DNA of 64,000 nt from Hamiltosporidium tvaerminnensis FI-OER-3-3 (Eukaryota; Fungi; Microsporidia). Positions 36,970-51,480 of the stretch are shown one piece after another; within the stretch, counting starts at the first letter, position 1; every line of letters starts with the position of its first letter. The DNA is taken from NCBI GenBank assembly GCA_022605425.2, contig JAKIMF020000001.1, positions 1,922,001 through 1,986,000 of the forward strand, written 5' to 3'. The notes below the pieces were generated by a model. The model was not told the origin of the DNA. It saw only the letters and a program-made list of their open reading frames with translations, and did not search any database. The translations under genes and the position numbers were made by a program.

Positions 36970-39900
36970 TTCTAAAGAGATGGGTTTGAAATTTTTTTAA
37001 ATTCTAAAATTTAAAAGCAAAAAAAAACTAAATATATATTTAGGAAAAAAAATATTTGTGGCTAAAACTTTGCAGGTAAAACAAGAAAGAGTCAAATCGT
37101 TTCTTTTAATATGCAAAAAGACCTGTGTAAATAAAAAATTGCCTTCAAAGCCGAAAGATACATTACTGTGTGTCAGATAAATAGCAGAGAGACACATACA
37201 ATCTTACTACTATAATTATAAACTTAAATATAGAAGAAATATTAAGAGAAAAACTATTAAAAATATTCAACCCGAATTTATAAATGAAATAATTAAAAAT
37301 AATCATTAGACTAAATTTTTAGAAATAGTCAAATACAAAGAACAGATTGAAGTAAACAAGAAAATAGTTTGAGTTGAGCAATCTAAAATACGAATCGAAC
37401 TAACTTTGTATTAAATGATAAATCATTATTAATTCCTTTTCCTTTTACGATGATTTTTATAGCTTTAAATTTTGTAATGCAAAATATTCTTTCTATGTAT
37501 TCCACTTTCTGTTCTTTAATTTTGTTTTTGTCGTTTTTAAACGAAGAAATGGTTTATAAATACTCCATTTAGTAGACTTTCCAATTCTCAATGCCGTTGT
37601 CAAATAAGTTAAAATTATGCTAAAAGGATATTTAATTCATAAAATAAGAATAATAAATAAAAGAATTATTCATCAGAATAGGTTTTGGATCAAAGGGGAT
37701 ATCTTTTCTGAGGGTTTGGAAGTCTTGTTTAGCCTTCTCAAAAACTATAAGAATTTACATGCTAGATCTATTTTTAATTTATCATATTTCTAACTGAATA
37801 TAATTTTTTTACATATAATTAACTTTAAAATGTTTGGATTATAGACTCGATTTAATACTGATTTCTATGGATATCATATATCTAATAAAAATTTAAGATA
37901 AAAAATCGTTATTTGAAACATTGAATTTTAGAATAAGCAGGGATTAAAAAATGATTAAGAAATAGTATATAGTATCTCAAAAAACTTCTTTATGAAATAT
38001 GAATTCGGAATTATAAGTGAAAGCCGATCATATATGATAGTATTAGGCATGTTTCTTCACTGTGTAGAATAAAACTACTATAAAGATTATATAAAAAAAG
38101 TGATACAATCAGTTCATAAAATTATTCTAAATATTTTACTTTTATATCAAAATTAATTCCTTTAAAAACATTAACAAATGAAAATATTAAGTTCTGAATA
38201 TTAGGTAAGAACATACGATTTAGTTTAATATATAATTATTTTTTCATTTTAAACTTCTGAAAAAAAATCTTTTTTTTCAAATTACTTTCGTTTTCTAACG
38301 TTTATAGAGCAGCAGCCTTACACCAAATAAAAATTCACGCGATATATGAACAATTTGAAGAGCCGAAAATTTAATTTGCGAAACTCATAATAACCAACTT
38401 ATCTATTATTGCTGTTTATAAATGTTTAAATCAATAGTGATATATGTCCATAATATATCTAAGATTTATTGTGACAATTATGAACTTATCTTTTTTTAAA
38501 AAAACCTATAAACATGTATTCTGAGTCAATATAATAAGTATGAAACGGCTAAAGAAAAGTTATTCACATAGGTCTAAACCAAAAAAAATGATTTTAAAAT
38601 GGAAAAATTTAATATATGTTATTTTGGGATATGCATATGATAATTAAGAGATTATTGCACTCGCTAGATCTGCATATATTGCGCCTAAATTTGCTTATAA
38701 TCCATTATAATTTTCTCTATAATATAACATAGCCAATTATATCAAATTTAATGTGAAAAAAACATCGGAAGTTTAAGTATCTTTATAAAATATACCATTA
38801 AAACAAAAAATATTAAAAATTACATTCAAATTCAGCCAAATTAAAATTTAAATGCATTTTACAAATATGTATAGAAATATGTAATTCAAAATATTTTTTT
38901 CCAATGATATGGTGCAAATCAAGATTTTCCCCAAAATAATCGAAATAAAGAATAAATCAAATTACTTTTTGCTTTCAGTCATTTTCATAAAAACATTAAA
39001 TTAATAAATAAATACGATTTTGGTGCCAAAAAATATTATATGCATACTTTTTTACTAATATTTGCAGAAGTTATCTTAATATTTATGATTTAGGTTGCTC
39101 GCCTGGTTTGAAGGTTTTATACCGTCTCTAATGGCTAGTTCCGACATAAAAAGAGTTTTGGTCTGATAAAAACATTTATAATTCGTCTAAAACGATTATT
39201 GTCAACCTAAATAATTTAAGAAAAACATCACCCTATATTTGTAACATTAGAGAGAATATGAAGCATAGTAGCATCTTCTAAAAATGCCGAGCTTTTAGAG
39301 AACTTGAGCCGCAAAGTAGTAAGATATTTCGTGGTTCGGTTGAATTAATAAAATCAAGAAAATTTTTATACATCAATATGATATCAGAGATTAAAACAAA
39401 ATCAAATCACATCGAGACAAAAACCGTCGGAAAAAGATATGGTATGAAAATAAATGAGTTTAAAAAAGCTTGAAAATGAAAAATATAAATTAAATTTGAA
39501 ATGATAGATAAGAAAAAAAAAATCATAGAAGTGTGCAATTACAATATAGAATTGTTAGAATTTTATTTGAGAAGTAAACATTTCGAAAAAATAGTTATTC
39601 CACTTTTTAATAGATTCTGTAAAACCGTTAGCCTAAAATAAACGATTATGATGTAAATAATCAATCTTGTTAGAATAAAGGATGTTTTCTAAAACTTAAA
39701 TCTGACGGTTTTTTTACACAAAAAACTATAGATTGCATATTCATAGCAGTTTTATTTTAAAATACCGAAAATAAATTTAAATATTCAAATAAAGAATTTG
39801 AAGCAATATTTAAAGTATTTAAGCTATTCTATAATCAATCATTAATAGTAAATAATATTCTTCTGTAAACATGTATTGAAAATATCATTATTCGTATTTG

Positions 39901-41070
39901 CATCATTTGATTTTCAAATGCTTGATTGTGATTTTATATTTCGGTCTTACTTATCTATTAAATATATTATTTTATCCACGGCATATATACAAATGTAAGG
40001 GGTCTTTGAATCGAATTTAGGCTCTTTAAATTGTTTCTCTGGACTAAATAAAACACAAAGCATACTAGATGAGTCCATCGGGCAGTAATATTTTTATGTT
40101 TTGAAAATAAATAGCTTTTTTTTGATTACAGCATAATCTACAGGAGAAAATCATTAGAAACTCCACGAACATACCAGAAAGCTTTAATGCGTCTATATAT
40201 TATCTCGTTTCTGAGGAAAAACCAGGTAAGAAAAACAATTAAGGGTATGGTGCTTTAAACCGATCATTTTTTTTACTCGGATAAAATTTGCATTAGTTTT
40301 TAGTAATATCAGTACCGAATTCATCGCCATAATTTAAAATATAAAACAGGAGTTGAAAACGATATTAGATTAATAATACATAATTTAATCTAAATAAATA
40401 AAGAAAAATTTCCATACATCAAATAACAATATAATTTAACATTATTTGAGGCTTTTTCAATAAAATACTTTCATTTATTAACAGAATAAGAAAATATTCA
40501 AAGAAGTATGATCCGGCTCGTATAAAACCAGTTTGCTATTTATTTAAATAAAAATAGAAAATCGACAACATTTTTACAAACTATATTAGAAAAATTCTTT
40601 TTACTTATAAAACACACGTTTCAAATTATTTTGAGCAGAAAACAACTATCACTTTTCTAAGAAAACCAAGATATAATATTAAAAATTGTATAATGTTTGT
40701 ATTTTGTAGTTAAAATTTATTGTTTCTTTCTTACAAACATTTAATTGCTAGGAATTCAGTTGTTTGATGTTTGAAAATCAAATATAGTATTTTTAAAGCA
40801 TGGAGTATGAATGTTATTATTTTAATGAATTGGGAAAAAAAACTAAAGGTAAAATAATTTGAAAACATTTCGATAGAAAATTTATTTTCATAAAATTAAA
40901 GTAAATTGTTTGATTGGCGTTTCCTATTGTAGAAAATATCAAACCACAGTAACAAAAATAGATTTTTGTCTACATATTTATAAAAAAGAAAACCCTCAGT
41001 AGATACAGTTGTGAAATTCATGTTCGATTGATTCTTGATCATAAATGACATAACCGTATTTTTAATTTAT

Positions 41071-44000
41071 TACTACTACTACTACCGGATGGCACTACAG
41101 TCTTAAAGAGCATGACCTTCTAAAAAATTTCATAATTCTTCTTATCTTTTACTTTTTCTTTCAATTACTTTCAATATAGCCTTGAATTGTCTTTTCCCGC
41201 AACATCTAACCATATTTTTCGTGATCTACATCTTATTCTTTTCTCATTGTGTTGATACAAGTAGACTTGACTCACACCTCGATTAGGTAGCATTATAACC
41301 ACGTTTTCTAGCCTTTTTTTTTATTTCGATAACCAAATTTCTTTCACGACAGAAACCATGAATTACTTGTTTGATCTTAATTTTTACACATTTTGATAGT
41401 TTTGGGCTTTTCTTTTCCGAAATTATCTTTCCTTCTTACGTGTTTAGGAGTGTTGCAACTTGTTCTGAAATTACCAATTCACAGATCAATACCTTACGAT
41501 ATGTTATATGAAGTTTCTGTATATACGTTTTTGAACTCTACCTATATTATGATTGAATTAAGTTATTCGGTGCAAAATAGACCTCATTTCATACCTTCAT
41601 TATTTCCTCAATACTTTTATTATTGTGATTTACAAAGGTACCTAAATAGTTTGAACTCGACTTTTACAAATTTAAACAAGTAAAATTTTAAGTTATTCAC
41701 AGCGTTTCTATTTAGGTATTTGATTTCGATGTATTTTGTTATATTCTCATTAATCTTATATCCGGCCTTTGCAGATCTGCTGCCATGACAATAAATGAAG
41801 ATTTTATATCTTGTTCATTTCTCCAAAGAATACTTAAGTCGTCAGCATAGCTTATATATAAATTTTTCTGTTAAAAGCGAGTTTCCTTCATTATCCTTTA
41901 ACTTATGGTAAATTGATTCTTGTAAGATTAAATAGCACGGACGATAATGTTTTACATTTTCGAGACCTCAGCAATTCAAAATTATTTGAATATTATTTGC
42001 CAATAAAACTTTTTCTTTTATATTAGCAAAGTTATTTTTATCATTCATATTAATTTCGATGGAATTACTAAGTCTTCAAGAGCCTCGAACAAGTATTTAC
42101 GATCAATGCTATCGTATGTTTGCTTGTAATCTAGACAAGGTTAATGCGTCCGAATATTAGATTCATATCGTCTTTCTAGGATCATTTTCATTATAAATAC
42201 TTAGTCTGTTGTTGATCTGCCTTTGCAAAATTCACATTGAATGTCCCCAGTAATCTTTTCTGCAGATACCTCTAATTTACTTGCAATTATTCTAATAAGC
42301 AGTTTTTAACTTATATTAAAAGTGATTTTCTTCTGTGATTGGTGCATTGCACTTTTGAACTTTTTATATGAATGTGAAGTATTAGGCTTACATAACAATC
42401 ATCGGGTATTTTTTCTTTAGTTTATATTTTTTGCTCTAATTTGTGTATGTTTTTTTGATTAGCTCATTACCTCCATATTTTATAAGTTCTGCTGTAATTT
42501 TATTTTCTCCAGGTACCCTATGATTTCTCAAACTTATAATAGCAGTTTTTTTTCCTCAAGAGTTGGCTGAATGGTAGTTTCTTCGTTTTCAATCAAAACA
42601 TTTTCATTTGCTGTATTATAATCCGTACTTTTCTTTTTTTCTGATTTATCTTCTTCGTTGCTATTTAGAAAGTTTTAAAAATCTTCGGCACAGTTTTCTT
42701 AGATTTCTTGGGTTCTGAAATTATTATACCTTCTCTTTCTTCGATCGCGCAAGTTAAGATTTCAAACTTTTGCTTTTGCATGCTTAACAAATCAACATTC
42801 GTCTTATTCTCTTAATTTATACTTTTATTTTTATTACTTTTAGTCTCTGTATATCTCTTTCTCCTTTTACCACTTAGAAGATGTTTGAATTTTCTTGTCA
42901 CGCTGAATACTTGGGTTATACATGTTTCTCATTTTGTCACACCTTCATTCTAGCTTTATTTCTATAATTGATCGCATCTTTCCATTCTTGATTAAAACAG
43001 CTTTTTTATCCACCTATTAAATCCCAACACTTACTCTGCCGTTTGCTTGATTGCTTGTTTTATCTTAATCCAAGTATCATCTTTGTCACATATTATATAG
43101 GTCATATTTGTATTTAGACATTAGGTAAGGTTACATATTGTTCTCTAACAGTCATTTCATGCAACATATTGGCATCATATCTTTGTGTCATCAATCTTTT
43201 GGATGCATTTGCGTTTTAAAGGCGGTGACCATAATTCATCTTACCAAAAGATTATCAGAGTCTATATCTGCGCCTCTAAAAGTTCTTACATCGATGAAAT
43301 TTGAAGTATGTCTCGAATCGATAAAAGCATGATCAATTTGATTGAATGTAATACCATCAAGTGATTGCACGTATATTTATGTATAGTTTTGTGAGAAAAA
43401 TAGCAGCTAGAAATTATTATGTTTTCACTAACTCCAAGGTAGATTAATCTGGCTTTATCGCTATTAGATTCGGAATAAATGCTTTCCTTACCAATAGTAG
43501 CACTGTAATTAGTCTTTCTATTATCCTTGCATTAAAATACCTTATAACAATTTTTAATTCACTTTTCGGAGCATTATCTAAGTAAATTTTTGCCTATAAT
43601 AAAATTTATCCTTCTTTTCTTAGTTCGTCACCGGTCGAAGCGTTGGACACAACTCAGGAATGTATTATTGAAACTTTCTTTAATTATTATTTAACACATC
43701 TTTCATCTATGGGTATAGCCTAAAACATTAAAAAGTAGCTTGTTTCTGATGACAAAAGCTGTTTCCAGTGTATTAGTTCCGTTACTACTGTAAAAAAACG
43801 GTATATGCTTTGGTTTTAATTAAATCTATTCTTTTCCATCTGATTTACTGCAACGCTACAGTATCTATTTTGTATTTATCTAGTTCAATCGATAGATTCA
43901 TTAATTTACCTGCTCGGAAAAGGCTGAGCAAATTCCAACTACGGATATTAATTGAATTTTTCTGTTTATTTTTGATTTTTTTTTGAGAGCTATTATTGAT

Positions 44001-44121
44001 TCGTTTCAGTTTCGTAAAAATATGGTTTTTTAAGATACAAATGTTAAACACCATACGCGCACCTTCTCTTTTATCCGGGCCTGAAGCGGGTAGCAAGGCT
44101 AGTAACCTCTCTGGCAGAGTT
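41071..44121 (-). mobile_element. Decayed RTE-clade LINE (APE endonuclease and RT) retaining both ends
   Basis: APE SWNLLSL...DTVALQ and NQIDHAFID...DVRTFRGADIDSD; RT LDYKQTYDSID and SYADDL; 3' tail CTGTAGTGCCATCCG(GTA)n; imperfect TSD TATTTT(t/g)A(a/c)TTT. Confidence 0.88.
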
Positions 44122-44122
44122 A
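44058..44122 (-). ncRNA. Degenerate twister ribozyme at the RTE 5' end
   Basis: Minus strand TAACTCTGCC-[AGAGAGGTTACTAGCCTTGCT]-ACCCGCTTCAGGCCCGGATAAAAGAGAAGG compared with twister consensus UAACUCYGCC..CCGGUCCCAAGCCCGGAUAAAAGAGGAGGG. Confidence 0.65.
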
Positions 44123-47100
44123 TTTTGACTTTTTACTTCTTAAAATGATTTTTTTAATACAAAGTTCAAGTAGAAAAAACGCTGTAAACTAAACAAAAAG
44201 ACCTGTAGAATTTCTTTTTGATATTTTGAAAAAATAATGAAAAATAAGTTCTTTCACGATTGTATATATATTTCTCTAACAGTAAATGAAAATAAAAACT
44301 TTTTTACGCGGCTTGGTGTGCAGAAAGGATTGGTTTTGTGGCCAATAAGAACGCGAAATCGCCTTTTATAACACATTCTCTAGTTTGAAGCTCTATATAA
44401 GCTCTTTGTATAGTACTACAATCTTTTAGCCCAACTCTGTTAAAAATCAATGGAGGATAAAATTGCAATTTATTCCTGATTTTACCCACCAAATAAACCA
44501 AAAACACACGACCATTTTTTTGTAGTAAAAAAATATCGTTTGATAAATTCTAGGTATTCACTGTAAAGTTAAAAGCCTAATTTTTTCCACTGTCTTTATT
44601 TTTAACAATCCACAAACTTAAGCGCAAAATAGTTGTAAAGTAAAGCTTATAAACAAAGTAGAATATGGTGGAATTTTTAATTATAATTGGTTATTCTAAA
44701 CCATTTTCATTGAAGAAAACATAGTAGAAATTGTATTGAAATTACATATTAATTTCTTTGCAAAAAACTAAAGATATGATAGAATAAAAAAATTAATTAA
44801 ATAAGCGGCTTTATAAGTTTAAATTCTTACTTTTGAAAATATATTTAATTATTCTGTACTAGCCAAAGTAAATATTATTTTTACATTAGCCTTTACATTG
44901 TGGTTAGACACAAATGCATCAAAAAAAAGACTCAATTCAGCCAAAAAAATAATGTCACAAACTTAATATTACATATTTTCAACAAATTTATTCTTGAATT
45001 ATATCAACAAAATTATATTTAATTTGTTAAAATGTAATAATCATGTATACAAAAGTCTAATAGAGAGTAAAACATATTCAAGTATTTATTATAAGATTAA
45101 AATAAAATTTAATTATCCTGAATTTTACTTAAATTTTTTTTAAATAAATACATAATGTATTTCACCGTTCAAAAAATATATTGTCTTAAAGGTTTTAATA
45201 ACTGAATATGTTATTATTTATTCTTTAAAAATCTAGATCTTTGGATTTTTATCTTCCTTTAAGACAACAATATTTAGTGTCTTTTATTTTTTATATAATG
45301 CCTCGAAATTCTATTTATTTTAACTGCATTATATTTTTTAGATGTTTTGAACATTTAATGTTATTATTCTGGACTAATTTATTTTTTTAATATTATTTTG
45401 TAGAAAAAAAAAATAAAAATATAGGAACAATTTTTGGTTAAATTAAATTTGACGAATGAAAATTGGTTATTTAATCTGATATACGAGCATGCAATAATTA
45501 GAGTTTGGAAGTTAAGTATGTTCAACCGATTAAATTGTATTTTTCTTAGATAACAAGAGCCAAAAGCAGCCTATACTTAGTATAATCTGTCTAATGAATG
45601 TGCAAAGAAGTGTACGAAATTATAGTAAGCTTTCTCCTCCTAATTTTCTACTATAAATATATAATGTATAGGTTATTAATCACCTGTACGACCGAATTTT
45701 TCCAACACAGCCATGCTAGATTAAAAATTAATATGTCTTTAAATTAAATAGAACACACCAAGTAAAACACAATTATTTTGTTTTTCCGAATATACTTCTA
45801 TAATTGCATAACTAAGCTTAGTATAATCAAAAAGGGTCTAAATTCGATCAAATAAGTTATTTCCTAATAAAATTTCGTAACATCAGACATTATCATAAAT
45901 CAACAAAATAGTACTATTCATGCCAAATTTATATTTTCTACTAAATTTTCTAATGTTTAAATTAATCATGGTGCGTTTCATATTGGTTTTGAAGTAAAAT
46001 ATATAATACGAACCCGTAAACAGTAAAAAAAACCCCATTAATATATTTAACCATTGTAACACAATAACAAAATTTGTTCAATCAACCATTTTAAGCTCGA
46101 TTAGTTGAATAAAACATGGAGAGCTAATAAAGGAAATTAAAACTATCTTTTGTTAATAGACGAATGGAATTTTAATCAGAAAAAACTACCTTGAGCCTTC
46201 TAGCGACTTCATATTAATCCGGGATTACAAAGATGGAAAACTTATAAAAATGTAGAAAACTATCTGCAGAATTATGGATTCCGTGTGGAAATGGATGGTA
46301 CTTTAGAAAGCGAGGCAAGAGTCCTAACGATTAATATAAGAATCTTAGAAAATAAAATAGTCGACAATTCTAAACAGGTTTTCCATTAAGAAGAATAGAC
46401 CGAAAAAGCTAGGGTATTGGTAGCTACATCATAAGTTGGCGTTTCATCTATTAATTCTTAAAACCGAAAGGTACGAAAGGAGAAAAGTATGTAATTAAAT
46501 TTGATTTTTCAAACTAAGGATTAAAAACCGATATAAAATAAAGCTGTATCATATAGTCTATTGGCATTTTATATCATTTTTTCCTGCTTTTGATTTTAGC
46601 TCAACGAAAATTTTCTATTTAAAAAATGAAAAGATATCTATGGAGCGAGCTCAACTTTCAGATTAAAAATCAAATGTGCAATTAATTTTATCAGTTTTGC
46701 ATACGAAGAGTTAAAATAATAGAATTTTCGAAGGTTTTAATTTTCACTTAACGAATTGATAATTATTTTTGTAAAATATTTCCTAATACGGACTCGAAAC
46801 CACAATCATAAATTTGAAGTTTGTTTTTTATTATTTATAAATTCAAAAGGATTTTCTTTGGCACAACGTGTAGCAACGACTTATAACCGATTCCGTTGAG
46901 GCGCGAGTCCACCTATATTTTAAAATGTTTGTAGACATCTTAAATTAATATTTTGAATTTTGAACATAAAAATCCAGCGGAATTGGTTGTAACTTTTTTA
47001 ATATTTTTGTAAAAAATGCATAAATAAGGCAACCAAATATGTTCATGAACCAATGGAACTCATGACTACACGGTTATTCTAAGGTAGTAACCAAAAAAAC

Positions 47101-47860
47101 GTTTTAGATTTACCAAACCCGTGTTAAAGTAATATAACGCTTGTATGTCAAGACCACAAACCTTAATAATTTGGAATTTTTATTCGGTTTATAATCGTGA
47201 TGTTTCGAGTTCTACGTGAAAATTGGTAGTTGGTATAATTAAAGTCTAGAAAACTTCTGTATTTCAATACACTATTAAATTTTAGCTACTCCTTTATTTT
47301 TTAGATATCTTTTATCATAATGGTTTATGTTTAGTTCATTTGCCTCTATTCCTATACATCTCCCGATATTACACTTTTTTAAGTTAATTTACTTCTATAG
47401 CATATACAAATATTTTATGTAAAATAAATTAGTATGAGTTAAATTTTAACTTAAATCAAAAACAACTATCATTTATTTCCATCTATTTTTTGCTTTAGTA
47501 AGTCTGAATAGCGAAGTATACATTGCAACCTTCTAGACGCGCCAATGATTTAGTAATGAATTAGAGTAACATTAACTAACGAAGGGCTTGAGGCTATCCC
47601 CGGTTTGTGACTTCTTTGACTTTCGTACAAGAAAGTTTGTGTTTAGCAGACAACTAGATCAATCAAAAAAAATATATGTTGAATGTCTATCTATAATTTG
47701 GCAAACTATTAATTTACTTGTGGATTTTTTTTCATCTGTAGGAAAAGGAACAAACTATAAAAAGACCTCGGAATACTTACATTGAATTCTATAAAAATTT
47801 ATAAATTTATTATAGATTTTTCTTTTACTCATTCTCAATATAAAATTTTATTTCCATCAG

Positions 47861-48583
47861 CTTTATCGAAAAACATCGCATCTTTTTTAGAAGAGAGGCA
47901 ACTGTTAGTTTTGTTTTCATGGCATTAACGTTTTTCTAGGTTTAACATAAAAACTGCTACTCTGAGGCACCATCAGTAACTCTTACAATACCTAAATCCC
48001 CTAGCCTTTCATCCACTTTGTTTTATAACCTAATTTATAGGCGAGGAAGTTACCTAGAGTTTTCTAATGTTTGTTGCCTAGAATGTGATAGAAGGCCGAA
48101 ACCAATTTTGGGCTCCAACAAGAATATCAGGATTTCCACTTATTCCCACTGTCTAACCCAGTAAACTTCTAGCCAAGATATATCTTTAAGACTTACATGG
48201 ATTCATCCAGATATGCAATATCAAGCCACCAGGTATAAATTGCGACTTAGCTCTCCCGGCTTTTAATGGTTTTTATTTTTTTATCTCGCAAGCGCTAAGT
48301 CTTCTATCCCGAGTGAGTAAGGCAAGGTTTTCATGCTTTTATATGGTAATTACCTATTTGTTAATTTGTGATCTGTAATCTAGTTACATAAAAAATTACA
48401 AATAAATTTCTAGAAAAGGTTTCGCAATTAGGCAGACTTTCTCTTTCTTATACAAACTTCCATGGAACAAACGAAGATGTCGTGTGGTTTTATTCCCACT
48501 AAAAATTCAAACAATAATTTTTACACCGGTTTCATACACTCCTTACCAAGCAGAAAGTTTTTTATTTGCTTATCCTCTCTCCA
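47861..48583 (-). mobile_element. Unclassified ~720-bp non-coding repeat, copy 3 (decayed)
   Basis: Colinear with copies 1 and 2. Confidence 0.8.
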
Positions 48584-48619
48584 GCATTGTTCATAAAAAA
48601 AATATTTATAGTAACTAAA

Positions 48620-49306
48620 TTAGGTGTCACTTAGTTCATAAAATTCTTGAAAATGAGTGTGTGGAAATAAAAGCGAGTATCAGAATGTAATTTGATATCC
48701 CGATTAAGGACAATAGATCCAATATATTTGTTTTAGAAAAATGTGGGAATAAGATAATACCCTTGGTGTAGAAATTTCTTCCCATAATTTACTTCAAATT
48801 GTTGAAACATACAAACTTTTGGTCTATGACCTGTTACCCAATGATTTAGGTCTTATTTATAATTTTAGTATCAGGATAAGCCCTTATATGATTATCCGAG
48901 ACGTTATTGTTACTGTCACCACAAATCATACTTACAAAACCGCAAATGTCCATGAATTCAGAGGCCTATATCGATCAAAGTGCAAAAGAAAACAGCAGAA
49001 ACAATTTCTTTCAATCGATGAAGAGGACTTGAGTCGGGCCAAATGCCGAAGAGAGCCAGGAAAGAGCGTTATTGGGTGTTATTGAGATAACCGAGATGCA
49101 CGAGGAACTTCAATTTGTCTAAAACAAGCGAATATCTTCCAAGATGGTATTAAACAATTTACAGCAAAAAATATTCAACCCCTATTATAGAAAAAAAGCT
49201 AAATTAGAGGAAACAATCTACCATAAACATAAATGAAGTTCGAAATTAGAAGAAGAAAATATGTGAAACTGCGAAAAAAAGGTCGTAACCCAGAAATTTA
49301 TTAAAA
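48620..49306 (+). mobile_element. 5'-truncated decayed RLE LINE copy
   Basis: ILENE.VEI, YDLL.NDLGLIY and EMHEE remnants; 3' AACCCAGAAATTTATTAAAAA. Confidence 0.82.
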
Positions 49307-49779
49307 AGAATAACAAAGATAATGCACTTTAATATTTTTCTTCGTCTCTTTAATCCCACGAAAGTCTTATTTTAAATCTGAATTTCGTTTATATTTATTT
49401 TAAGTTCCGATACTGTGGTTACACTATTCCAAACGAAAAATTTTTTACGTCTTTTTTAGCATCATCTTCTAAATATAGATAGATTATTTCAAAGGAGGTA
49501 TTAGTTGCTCGGTGTATTTCTGCTCCATATACAACAATAATTCGTTTTTTTTCAACTCTATTCGGTATTTGGTACTTAAACAAGTCCTCTTCTTCAATCA
49601 AAGAAATAATTTTGATGCATTTGAAAGTGCATGGAATGAATATATACATAAATTTCAATGGAATTTGTAGTATTATAATATACATGAATTAGGTTTTGAT
49701 ATATAAACTTAATAAATATTAAATTAACTTTTCAGGTTGTATCAATAATAAAAAAAATATACTTTTTAAGGCTTACACT

Positions 49780-50018
49780 TTCTTTCCTATGATAAATGGA
49801 GCAGAATTAGCTTTGTGTATTCTCTACTTCTCCTAAGAGACGATTAAAAGAGACTGGTCCTCTAAGTTGGGGTTGGGAGTAGGTCGAAATAACTCTCTCT
49901 TTAAAACACCCTTGTTACGACACCCGAAAAGTAAACAAATCCACTAAAAAAAGACCGGTGGGCGGTATTACATAGGGCGGCCAAACCTCGTGCAGGGCTG
50001 TAGGGCTAAGGATGATGA
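49780..50018 (+). mobile_element. RTE-derived non-autonomous element, copy 2
   Basis: Colinear with 36295-36520; ends GGGCTGTAGGGCTAAGGATGATGAT. Confidence 0.7.
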
Positions 50019-50649
50019 TAAAAGCTTTAAATTTGAATTTTTTTTGATGAGACATCCTTTAATTCACATCGAACAATTTAATTTGAATCTGAAACTCTTT
50101 TTTTAAATACAAACTTATTCTCGTATCATAAAAAAGGTTATATTTTGTTTATTAGTCAAATAATCTGAAAAATGATTAAATTTGTTTCAAAAAGATATTA
50201 AATGAAACTATAAATTATCTTCAGATGTTGATATGGTTCATTTTTTTTGTAATGAGTATAAATCTAGCTCGGCAAATTTAAAGATCATACTTGGTTTTAA
50301 CATTTGTAAGGTATATAACAAGTTACAAAGTTATAAGCCACTCAAATACCATACTAATAATTATATAGCATATATTATTTTATAAATGAATTGTTGATAT
50401 TTTAATTTAATTAAGTAAATATTTTTGTTAAATTTCCTTACATTAGTGTTTTTAAACATTTCAGAGTTAGACAATCTCAATCCAAATAAGTTAAATGTTT
50501 AGTTTAAATAATGAAAAACCTCCTAATTTATAATTTTAGGTACCATTTCTACCATACTACAATACTAATATAGCTTTTTATTTTATGAACATAAAATTAT
50601 AAACTATTAGATGCATTGCATGTGTGTTTGAAAAGGAATTTTTTTGAAA

Positions 50650-51156
50650 AATTTTATATCTTAAGTAGTTGTGTAAACAGGCTAAATATAATTGAAAAAT
50701 CCCACAAGAAAGTATTATTTGACAATGGTAAATTTTCTTCTGAATGATGTTGGGTTAATGAAGCGATACTGAGCATATGGGAACAAAATATTTACCGGTG
50801 AATATACGGATCAATTAGAAATTAGCAAAGAAAGTGTAGAATTCGTAACAAAATCGAGCTCCAACATTTATATCAAAATACAGGATTAGTGAATGATGTT
50901 AAAACAGCAAAACTCCGATGCCTAGGTCATCTTGAACGAATGGGAGAACTGAGGCTTTAAAAAAGAAGTATATGTTAATTTGGAAGGTCGAAGACTTTCC
51001 GGTCGCTTAAAACTAGATAACTAGATAACTAGATGATATTGGTGACTTAGATATGTACGAACGGAGTAATCGACGCTTGATCGGGCCAGATATAAGTTAT
51101 TAGTATATGAGGCTAAAGCTTTTAATGAGCCATTAAGTAAGTGAGTAATAAGTAAT
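50650..51156 (+). mobile_element. 5'-truncated decayed RTE-like LINE 3' end
   Basis: KLRCLGHLERMG resembles the RTE RLRWLGHV.RM motif; GAGGCTAAAGCT...(TAAG)n-like tail. Confidence 0.55.
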
Positions 51157-51480
51157 TGTGACATAAGATTTTAAATATAAATTGCAAAATAAAAAAAACA
51201 TACAGTTTTATAAATTTTTAGTAAAAAATTATAGTTATTTACACTACGAAAATTAAATTTGATCTGCAGCATTGGAACATAAATTGATAAAAAAAACTTT
51301 AGTCGTAAGCAAGAAAATCTAGAAAAACGATACTAGCATTTTAAGCTTATAACTAATCAAAAAATTTACAACATTGAACATATTATAAAAATGAAAAACT
51401 TTTAGACGTGGATAAAGAATATGAAATTTAATCGAAAGGGAATTCGTTTGAATCGAAAAAACCATCAAAATTTTTAAGAT

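Noticed and set aside
44307-44365. tRNA-His-like anticodon hairpin (TTGTGG)
   Set aside because: No T-arm or acceptor pairing, and the loop size is wrong.
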